64,000 nt of DNA from Camelus dromedarius (taxonomy: Eukaryota), in assembly GCF_036321535.1 (NCBI RefSeq), contig NC_087437.1, positions 69,938,001 to 70,002,000 on the forward strand, in the 5' to 3' direction. The translations under genes were made by a program, and so were the position numbers. The notes under the pieces were generated by a model. The model saw only the letters and a list, made by a program, of their open reading frames with translations. It searched no databases and was not told where the DNA came from. Below, piece by piece: positions 53,626 to 64,000 of this stretch (its first letter is position 1; each line of letters opens with the position of its first letter).

Positions 53626-54193
53626 CCTAAATGAAGAAGCAGCAGCAGTCAACTTGATCATATTGATAGACAAATCGAAGTGGTGGAAACCAGAGTGAAA
53701 ACACTAGCAAGAAAACACTGCCACCCAGGTGGATCTAGTAGAATTCAGAACCTCTAAGGACAGTTAGATTAAGGATGTGAAAAAAGGCAAAAATCCAGAT
53801 GATAATCTCTCTAGAGAATAGTGTTGAAAATTAACACCTAATTTCCAACCCTTGTCCCTGAATATGGTAGAAGCATTTATCCTCAGGCTCAAAATTACAT
53901 TAAAAAATTAAGTGATCTTCCTGGGAAAAACCAGGCTCATATAGGTGAGTGCCACACCCTGGAGTAAAGCTCTCTTCAATTTGGTACTAGGTAAGGGAGG
54001 CAGGGCACACACACCTGTCTGCCTGTCCCGCTTATGCAGCCTAAAATGAAACCTACCAACTGAAAAACTTACACAACTGCCTAGAATACAAATGCACTTA
54101 GAGATAATAAGCCTAAATAACTGTATAAGAAAACCATGCCAGCTGACCTAACCCTTACAAATATTAACAACCAACTACAGATGGCCAAATTAC

Positions 54194-54374
54194 TTATTTC
54201 CTTTCAACTAAGATGGTGTTAATTGTAGAACACATTATTTTATATACTGCAAAAGAAAAAAAAAAGCATCGCTAGTTAAATTGTGACATTCTATTGATTC
54301 TAAGTTGCATCCCGATTTCAGAGCTAAGAAAATCCGAAAAAAAGAGTAAGCATCTTAGAATTGATTTAATTCAG
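54194..54374 (-). mobile_element. MER104-like (TcMar-Tc2) MITE
   Basis: Antisense reads 'tcaattctaagatgc...tctgaaatcgggatgcaacttagaatcaat'. Confidence 0.65.
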
Positions 54375-54375
54375 A

Positions 54376-55270
54376 ATTTGAGGAAAACCAGTAGCAGATA
54401 AAGAATAAAAAGAGGAGGAAAATAAAACCACTGACCTCAAAATAAGCAAGAATAATTCAGAACTTGAAACTATTTTATTGTATATGTTCAGAAGTATTTA
54501 AGAAAATACTGATTCCAAAAAATAAAAAATAGCCTGCTATACCAAAACAAAGAAGTCTGAGTATAAGAAAGAGTTTTTAGAAATTTAGAATGCGATTAAC
54601 AAATTTTGTTTAAATCAGAAAAAGGCTATAATAAATAGTTGAAGAAATTTCCCAGAATGTAAATCAACATATAAAAGGATAAAAAATTTAATAGAAAAGT
54701 TGAAGGTTAGAAAATCATTGCAGGATACCCAATGCATATCTAATACCTGTTCTACAAAGAAGCAGCAGAGAAAGTGTAAGGGAGGAATAAGTTTTTAAAT
54801 AATAAGTTTTAAATAATATTGTTTACAGCTGAAGTTGTATCCATGTTTTCAGATTTAGGGCTGGTAGAATGCCAAGCAGGGTGAAAGAAAAATTCAAACT
54901 TCAAGATACAGGGGGAAAAAAATCCTAAAAGCTTTCAAGAAAAAAAGAGGGGAGGGTGTTACTAACAAAAGGATAATAAACAAATTGCCATCGAATATCT
55001 ACTCAATATCATTGGATACCAAAAGGCAATGCAGCAAATGCTTACAGACACACACAGAGTTGATAGGTAGGAGATAACTATTTAGACTTGTTAAATAACA
55101 GTAGAGATATACTATTTAGAGTAATGGAGCTTATCAATAGGAGATCTAAAAATAAAATTGTCCAAAATGGGTTACTTCTTGGGAGTGGGGCTGCAGCAGA
55201 CAGGGATAGAGAATTTGTTTTTATTTCATATGATATTTAGGTTTTTATTACTACTACTTTTATTATTAAA
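54376..55270 (+). mobile_element. Decayed HAL1/L1M ORF1-region fragments
   Basis: 'gttgaagaaatttcccagaatgta', 'cagatttagggc...aatgccaagcag', 'aaaaatcctaaaagctttcaag'. Confidence 0.6.
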
Positions 55271-56449
55271 AAATAACAATCAAGATGACAAATATAGGTG
55301 GCTGCATACATGAAAATTTTTTTCAACATAGGCAGTTCCCAGTTTCCCACAGCTATAAAATGAACCTCAATAACATGTGCAGATAATCCACAGGCCTCAT
55401 TATAATCAGTAGCTTCCACATCTTCTGCATTGTCACAAGTACCACAAAAAAGACAGAATTGATTTTTACTTCTTTTTCTCTGGCCCCCTACTGCAGGTTC
55501 TAATGAGCAGCAAAATGACCAAAAGGACAGCTACTATAGGAAGGAAAAGAAGAACAGAGACCTTACTGATCCTCTGACTTGAAAATGATTCCCTGAATAA
55601 TTGGGAGCTGACTGTTTCACTGAGTACATGACCACACATTTGGAATGATGGATTCCTTTATGAATCTTATAGCAATTTAATATGACCTATAGCATAATGA
55701 AGTTGATTTTGAGGTTACAGTTAGGAGATCTACTATAAAATTGCATCCACTCTAATAAAGTTTCAATAGCCAGGTCTTGGGCAAAATTGAGGAGGTAGAC
55801 TATGGATGCACTGCATCATAGGTGGGGCTCAACAGTACGTTCCTGACTGAGGTTTAAGTGAAATTAGCAAGTAAATTCAACCAGGCTTCCAGCCGACTCT
55901 TGTATAATCTCTGATCCACATCCTTGTATTAACAAGTACCAAATGCCTCTCACATTTTATCTGACTGTTTAGTGATCAACTGAATGGAATGTTATGGGAA
56001 AGAACAAGAAATCCTACTGGCTCATATAAGAGTGCAGACAGAGAACACTCACCTTCCCATCTGCTGCCTCTGGCACTCATTAGTCACACTGGCGTTCAGG
56101 AAATAGCAGGCAAGTGCAAGAGCTGGTGGGAAATGGAAGCTACAGAAAAGGAAGAAAAGGAAAGGTAAGTATTTTTCCTAAACAATCATGTATGTCCTAT
56201 TGATGTCTACCAAACAAGTATATGTTTGTGTTAACCAAATTCCTGCCTCCATCCCAGAATCAAAGGAGGCAAGTGTATGAAAATTTTATTTTATTTTATT
56301 TATTTAAAATTTTTTCCGTGATAAAAACTTTCTTTAATCCCTGGTTTGATTAATTATTCTATTTCCTATGTGACTCCACTGAACTCTTTACATATTTCCA
56401 TAACAATATCTGTTACACTATGATGCATTTTGTTTATATACTTGCCATC

Positions 56450-56733
56450 TTTTTTAACTGAAGTAGAGTTGATTTACAATGTTGTGTTAGTTTCGAGTGT
56501 AGAGCAAAGTGATTTAGTTATACATATACATATATATATTCTTTTTCAGATTCTTTTTCATTATAGGCTATTATAAGATATTGAAAATAATTCCCTGTGC
56601 TATATAGTAGGTCCTTGCTGTTTATATATTTTATGTATAGTAGTGTGTATATGTTAATCCCAAACTCCTAATTTAACCCTCCCCTCTGCTTTCCCCTTTG
56701 GTAACTATAGTTTGTCTTCTATATCTGTGAGTC
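56450..56733 (-). mobile_element. L1 3' end, older artiodactyl-type variant
   Basis: 'gatttacaatgttgtgttagtttc...ttccctgtgctatatagtaggtccttg...ttcccctttggtaac...tctatatctgtgagtct'. Confidence 0.9.
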
Positions 56734-59700
56734 TATGAGTCTGGAAATTTTAGAGTAACTTTTTTTATCTCTGCTTTTGGCCATTAATAATTCAGAAGTT
56801 TTGAGGTCTAATTTCAGAATAACCTACCATGAGGCAAAGAAAATTTATTTTTAATGATTACAGCATGGCTAGGCACATCTGGTTTTAATTTTGTATTACC
56901 TGATTAAAAAAAAAATACATTGTTTAAATCAATCTTACTACAGGCTAGAATAGTGAAGTTCTTCTATAATGATTATTGGAGTTCGTACAATTTAATACTA
57001 TAGGGAAGGGGAAATTCTAGTCTACTGTTGGCAAAAGAGTGGTAAGTATGAGAATTAAATTTGGAGCCAGATGACTTTTGCCGAATCTCTGTAGTGCCAT
57101 TTTCTTTGTGATCATTATCTCTCTGAGTCTGAATTTTTTCATCAAAGACATGGATGAGACAAACTCTCCTTTACATATCTAAGATTATATAGTACTGTGT
57201 GTATTTTGAAGGATAATTTCTTAAATTTCTTAATACAGAGAGCTGAAATGTTGGAAGTGTGGGGTAGAAGTGGATTCACAATGGAGTTATTTATTGAACA
57301 AAATAGAGAGGAGGACATGGTAATGACTGGATATTTAGCTTACAAAACTCAGAAGATAGACTTAGTAATTGGGTAAAGCATAACTATAACTTTTTTGATT
57401 CAAATATACTTTCAACCCTCAGATTCCCTTGCACTGAAGTAAAATAGTCATGTCATGCTCATTACAATAGAACATATACCGCAGAAGACTACACAAGACA
57501 GTGATATCCAAAGAGAGATAAAAGGGAGAAAGACCTGGAGTCCTAGTGTCAAATTCTTTGGAGATAAATTAACACAGTAGAAAGTAGTGGCAACAGGAAC
57601 TTACCCCAAGAAACAGAGAACTTTTTTTTTTGGCAGAGTGAATGGGAAAAGGGAAGGAGAAAAAGGGAAGAAGAGGCTGTTTCATTTTAATTAATTAGAA
57701 AAAGAGAGCAAGGAGATGGAAGATTCAGAGCTCAAAATCCTTGATCAAAGGAACCAATATCCTCCCCACTTCACCACAAATACCATTATCATTTCTTAAC
57801 CTTATTGCCAATTGCTTGTTACAATATAGCTCTAAAAAACTTAGACTCAATCTGTTATCCACAAATACTAGAAAATTTCAACTGAAGTCTCCTTTTTTGC
57901 CCACTTCTATATTAGTCATATTTTCCTATTTCCATATTTTCTTCTTGCCACATTAACCAAAAGAGACCTTGCATCTGAGAATCTATTATCCTTAATGTAT
58001 AGATTTTGATTTAAAATACTGAATTTGTATTGAATTTCAAGGAATGCCCTATGTAAAAAATGTCACCAAAACACCAAAATTAAGAGAAAGCTATGTTTAA
58101 TTATTAAAATGGATGCTCTGCAAGTTTTAAAGAATGTACATGGGACTCTCTCCCATATAACAATCTGGGATAGGTTAGGTAGCTTCCTCTGAAAACAACA
58201 GATTGTTTAATGAATTATTTTGGCAGTTGGTAATATACTCTCTTGAGCCATTGTTTTTAGTAATCTCTTCAATTGAATTAAATATTTTTAGTTAAATCTC
58301 ACATGTTTATACCTTGCTTCCCACATTTAAGCTCATTGAGAGCAGAGACCACTTCTTATAATTATTTATATTGCACAAAGAGTCCTGTACCTACCATAAT
58401 AGGTGCTCAATCACCAAATGAGTGTTTGGATTATCTGACCAATAATTTATCTAACAACATAGAAATTCTGATTTTATCACTCTGGTGTTCCTTAATCTGA
58501 TTTGTTTCTTTATAAAGTCTAACTATCAGATTCCTGGAACTGTTTTAATGAACAGGTGAGAATTACTTCTAAAAACATTTTCTATTTGTATGCCAACAGA
58601 CAATAGCAAAGGTCTTGAAAATATTTTATGTTCTGTAATACTGTCATCTTTAGCAAAATGTTTAGCAAACATATTTTCATAGACATTATTAATATAAACC
58701 TAAATCCATAAGTTTAAATTAATAGGTTATAAATGTAATGCCAGAATTAACTATTTTTACTAAAATATAAATAATTCGATCCGAAGCCCAGAGTGTTACA
58801 ATGCAAATAATTTTTAAAAATGTTTATCTAAATTTTAATGTAGATCAATAATTTTCAGAAGGTTTTGAGAACAGTGGGAACTTTTCAAAATAAAATTTAT
58901 ACAAATACCTTCAATAAAATTGATAAACATCTATTATTAAAGTGAAATTATTTCATAACATATTTGGAACAACTTATAAATTCCATTGAGAACAAGGCTT
59001 TTATGACTACAAAAGAATTTTAATTAGTAATTATAAAATCCTAGTCTCAACAATATATTTCACATCCAGATTTTATTTTAGTATGAAATAGTAGAAAAAA
59101 AATATGACTCACAAGGCTAAAAGCAACAAAGAACAATAGTTTAAAAAAATTTTTTAGAGATTGCTTTTTTAAAATTTTAGAGTATTTCTCAATTAAATCC
59201 ATCCAGAAACCTAAAAGCAGGTGAATGGAAGATCTTTTATACAGAAGGATAAACCTAAAATTATCCAAACAATAGAATTACCCTAAAATTAGTTGAATGA
59301 TTATCCATTCTTAATTATCATACTAGTGTAACAATTTTAAAAAACATTTGCTATAATGTCTGGCATATATTGATGGTGTAATTCTGCAATTAACTCATCA
59401 GTGGGGAGGGCCCAATTAAACGTAATTGAATTGGATAACTCAAATCAGTAATGGCTGAATCAAAACTTACTCTCTCAGAGGCAATGAAAATCACTCGCAT
59501 TTTACGGAACAAAAGTCATACACTGCCAGGGTAGAGACAGTTCTTGTGCAGCTAAAGGGTAGGCACACTAAAGAAAGCTAGAGCAAGAACAAGCACACAA
59601 CATGCTTTGTCTGACCTTTTCTAAGGAGCTTTTACATCACCCTTTCCTCTAGTTTCTGCCAAGTGTAACTAATGTAAATGGTTTTGGTGCATTCAAATAT

Positions 59701-60871
59701 ACACAAAGGATTTCTCAACAAATAGAAATTCCATTAAAAATATTGCATGATGCTCTTTATAAGGATTAAGGAAATGAGTGTGCATTATAAATTCTGACTT
59801 TTGGCAGGAGAAAGACAGAATAATGTTTTGTATTCTCATTATGTACTGTTTAAAATTTAAGATATTGTAAAAAGTTTTCTGTTTTCAAAAAAAAAATCCC
59901 ACATGGTGTGGTTGATGTGAAAGTACAACCATTGTTTCATGTTTTCCAACCAGTTTACATAATTTACCTATATTAAATAACAGGTTTTCTAAGGTACATT
60001 TGCTTTTTAAAACTCATTCATTTCTTATCATACCATATGTCCCATATATCTCCAATACCCATTCATGTTAAAAACTCTCAGTAAACTAGGAATAAAGGAG
60101 AATTTCCTCAATTTAATAAAGAATGTCTAAAAAATACCAACAGATAACATCATCTTTAATGATGAAAAATTCGATACTTTCCTACTAAGATCAAGAAGAA
60201 GGCAAAGATGTTACCTCTCACCACTGATTTTCAACATAGTACCAGAAATTCTAGCTACTGCACTAAGACAAGAAAAGGTATACAAATGGGGAAGGGAGAA
60301 ATAAAACTGTCTTTATTCATAGAAGACATGATTATCTACGTATAAAATCTGAAAAGATTAATTAAAAACTTCTGGAACTTCTAAGCAATTATAGCAAGGC
60401 TGCAGGATACAAGGCTAATATTCAAAAGTCAATTGTTTTCCTATATATCAGCAATGAACAAGTGGAATTAATGGTAAATTTTTTAAAAATATTGCCATTT
60501 ATATTAGCATTCTCCTATAAAATGAAATACTTAGGTATAAATCTAACAAAATATGTACAAAATCTATATGAGGAAAAACCACAAAACTCTAACATACAAA
60601 ATCAAAGAAGAACTAAATAAATGGAGAGATATTCCATGTTCATGGATAGGAACACTCAATATTGTTGAGATATCAGTTCTTCCCAACTTGTCTATAGATT
60701 CAATGTACTTCCAATGAAAATTTCAGCAAGTTATTTTGTGGATATCAAGAAGCTGAATCTAAAGTCTACATAGAGGGGCAAATGACCCAGAATAGCCAAC
60801 ACAATATTCAAGGAAAAAACAAAGTTAGGGGACTGACACTACTTGACTTCAAGATGTACTAAAAAGCTGTA

Positions 60872-61138
60872 TGGTTACCAAGGGGGTAAGGGGGTAGGAA
60901 GGGATAAATTGGGAGTCCTAGATTTGCAGATACTAATATACATAAAATAGATAACCAACAAGTTTATACTGTATAGCACAGGGAACTATATTCAATATCT
61001 TGTAATAATCCTATGGTGAAAAAGAATATGAAAATGAATATACGTATGTTCCTATATGACTGAAGTATTGTGCTGTACACCAGAAATTGACACAACATTG
61101 TAAACTGACTACACTTCAACAAAAATATATTAAAAAAA
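60872..61138 (+). mobile_element. Younger 5'-truncated L1 3' end nested in the old L1
   Basis: Same family as 28546-28800. Perfect 12-bp TSD TAAAAAGCTGTA at 60860-60871 and 61139-61150. Confidence 0.93.
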
Positions 61139-61349
61139 TAAAAAGCTGTAGTGATCAAGACAGCATGGTATTAGTAAAAAAAAAAAATAGACATATAAAT
61201 CAATGGAACAGAATAGAGAACCCAGAAACAGACCTACATAAATAGTGTCAACTGATGTTTGACAAAGGAACAAAGGCAATACTAATAGAAAAAGATAGTA
61301 TTTTCAAAAAATGGTGCTAGAAAAACTACTGGACATTCACATGCAAAAT

Positions 61350-61374
61350 AACAACAACAACAACAACAACAACA
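61350..61374. repeat. (AAC)n microsatellite
   Basis: About 8 AAC units inside the L1. Confidence 0.9.
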
Positions 61375-62500
61375 GAAGGACTGTTATATATAAAGAATTC
61401 CTAGAACTCAACAATAAGAAAACAATCCAATTTAGAAAATGAGCAAAGACCTTAAGAGACACCTCATCAAAGAAGACATACAGATGACAGATAAGCATAT
61501 GAAAAGATGTTCCACATCATATGTCATCAGGGAAGTGCAAGATAAAACAACAGTGAGATACTACTACACATCTATTAGAAAGGCCAAAATCCAGAACACT
61601 GACAACAAGTCCAATGCTGGTGAGGATGTGGAGCAGCAGAACTTTCATTCTGGTGGGAATGTAAAATGGTATAGTCACTTTGGAAGACAGTTTGGTGGTT
61701 TCTTACAAAACTAAACATATTCTTAGCATATGATCCAGTAACCACACTCCTTGATATTTAACCAAACTAGTTGAGAACTTATGTCCACACAAAAACCTGC
61801 ACACAGATGTTTATGGCAGCTTTATTCATAACTGTCAAAACTTGGAAGCAAAATATGTCCTTCAGTAGGTGAATGGATAAATAAACTGTGGTATATCTAG
61901 ACAACAGAATATTATTCAGTGCTAAAAAGAAATGAGCTATCAACCCATGAAAAGACAGAGAGGAGACTTAAATGCAATTACTAAGTGAAAGAAGGCAATA
62001 TTAAAAGGATGCATATTGTCTGATTCCAACTATATGACATTCTAGAAAAGGCAAAATCATGGAGACAATAAAAAAAGCAGCAGTGGCCAGAGATTGAAGG
62101 AAGGGAGGGATGACTGGGCAGAGCACAGAGGACTTTTAGGACAGTGAAACTACTCTGTATACTGATACTATAATGGTGGCTACATAACATTATAAATTTA
62201 TCCAAACCCACTGAATGTGTAATACCAAGAGTGAAACTTAATGTAAGCTATGAACTTTGGGTGATAATAATATATCAGTGTAGCTTCATCAATTGTAACA
62301 AATGTACCACTTTGATGGGGAACGTTGATAATGAGGAAGGCTATGCATGTATGGGGGCAAGAAGTAAGTGGGAAATTACTGTACCTTCTGCTTAATGCTG
62401 TGAACATACAACTGGTCTAAAATAAAGTCTGTTAAAAGAAGTCCTTATCCCCTTAAAAAAAAAAGTCATTAGCTGTGACTCTTGGCTCCTCTGGAGATAG

Positions 62501-62502
<2 letters not shown>

Positions 62503-62566
<64 letters not shown>
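62503..62566. repeat. (GT)32 perfect microsatellite
   Basis: 64 bp of uninterrupted GT repeat. Confidence 0.99.
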
Positions 62567-62568
<2 letters not shown>

Positions 62569-64000
62569 GCTGGATAGAAAAGGTGTTACTTTATTGGCAC
62601 CCTTGTAATCTGTCCCTAGTTTCAATTGGTTGAGGTAGTTTAGTGCCGGCACCTCCCATCAGGTGCTGTGTGGATTGCTCAGATACCACCTCTTCTCAAT
62701 TTCTAGGGATCTTTACCTGAAGCTCCCTTTATAGTACAAATGCATCTCCCCAACCTAGTAACTTTATTCCATTAGCCATAGGCCTGTTGGCTGAGATCTC
62801 CTAGATCTTCCTGACAACATTCTCAAAGTGCATCTAGACTATATCAAACAAGTTCCTCTTAAGAGTACACACCAGGTCTATGGGATACATTCACAGATCT
62901 TTAGCCCACCCAAACTCTGGGCATGCAGACTGTCCCTGCCACAGCTACTTCTCTTTGCTTCTTATATGAGCAAGCAGCTTCAGACATGGCCTCGTGCTCA
63001 GTCCTCAAGACTGCATCAGACACAAGTTCACTGTTCCTCAAACTACAGGAAAGTTACTGAAGCTCTTTGATTGGTCCTATTGAAGTCCCTCACACCAGTT
63101 AAGTGAGGACGAAGTCCTACCCTCCCTTTTGGGAGGGTCAAAGTGGTGAATTCACATGACTTGATCTGAGCATCTCTCTAAGGAAAGCCTTTCTCAAATT
63201 CCCAACTTCCCTCTGTAGGCCTCTATGTCCCCCTTTATAGGTTAAAGGTATGTGGTAAGCAAAGGGTCATAAAATGGGTATTTTCAAGCCTCCTTTGCAA
63301 ATTCTGTGAGGATGATTCGTCACTTCACTTTGGATTATGAATTCAGAATTTGCCACCTTCTTATGTCCCTTTTAGGGATTCAGTCTAAACAATGAGTTTC
63401 AAAAAAACTCATTTAAACATCTTGCTATATAAAAAAGTCTTTCTTCTAATGATCTACAAGTCCAAATCTACAAGTAATACATAGCATTTCCCATATTCAT
63501 GTATTTGTGTAAATGAGTGACTTCCGAGCCAGGAGCAAAGCATGCACCAAACAGACATGCTTGAGCCTACTTGGCCTTTAAATGAGCTCTGTAGACATGT
63601 GTTGCAGAGACATGTAGGTGTAAATCAAAACAAACCCCAAGGAATAAGAGTTTTTCTAATCTATGACATGTTATACTAAGCTTAAATACATGCAGAGTGA
63701 TGACAGAAAAAGCATTAGGAATGCACAAAACTTAGCTCACCTGACAATAATAAATAATGGGTGTGGTCTTTAACATATTAATGTACATAACATGCTTAAG
63801 TGTCTATAGTATTATCTATTGTAGGACTGCAGTTTTGAGAGTGAAAAATAACATTTAAAGGATAAAATTAAAATCAGACATTTGTATAACAAGGTACAGC
63901 AGAGAGAAGCCAATGGCTCTTGGTTATTTTTATTTAACTATCGTTTAAAACTCCGCTAATCTCTTTTGTGCATTTCTATCAGCATAAATAAAGAATACTT

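Larger units (their letters stand above)
60050..62437 (+). mobile_element. L1MC1-like LINE: decayed ORF2 3' half plus 3' UTR
   Basis: RT/C-terminal ORF2 text; ORF 61439-61714 translates as 'MSKDLKRHLIKEDIQMTDKHMKRCSTSYVIREVQ'. L1MC-type 3' UTR ending 'aaataaagtctgttaaaa'. Multiple stops and frameshifts. Confidence 0.92.

Noticed and set aside
61439..61714. 91-aa ORF with protein-like composition
   Set aside because: It is a remnant of L1 ORF2 in a frameshifted, dead element, not a host gene.
1..64000. Prokaryotic-type systems (CRISPR arrays, operons, defence islands) or an intact endogenous viral gene
   Set aside because: The sequence is mammalian and repeat-rich, with no long ORFs, no regularly spaced repeats and only solo LTRs.

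Overview
This is AT-rich, CpG-depleted mammalian genomic DNA, not prokaryotic. It is most likely camelid (alpaca/llama/camel), based on two tRNA-Ala-derived vic-1-type SINEs and artiodactyl-type L1 3' ends. I cannot support any protein-coding exon, RNA gene or CRISPR array; the ORF track looks like chance ORFs and decayed L1/L2/LTR sequence. The window reads as intergenic or deep intronic. It is filled with old eutherian repeats (L1M, L2, L3/CR1, MIR, MLT1 and ERV LTRs, MER3/MER5/MER63/MER104-like DNA transposons), a few younger insertions with clear target-site duplications (TSDs), and microsatellites. The most interesting non-repeat signals are: (i) a candidate recursive splice site (AG|GTAAG) with a stop-containing 171-nt exon just downstream of a (TG)n tract at 17.4-17.7 kb; (ii) a CpG-enriched motif hub at 37.1-37.7 kb (CTCF, AP-1, RFX X-box, DR4); (iii) three further near-consensus RFX X-boxes, one abutting a POU octamer; and (iv) a possible chain of non-coding minus-strand exons. 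All are motif-level hypotheses. Repeat subfamily names come from recall of consensus sequences and need RepeatMasker/Dfam confirmation. Boundaries of old repeats are approximate.
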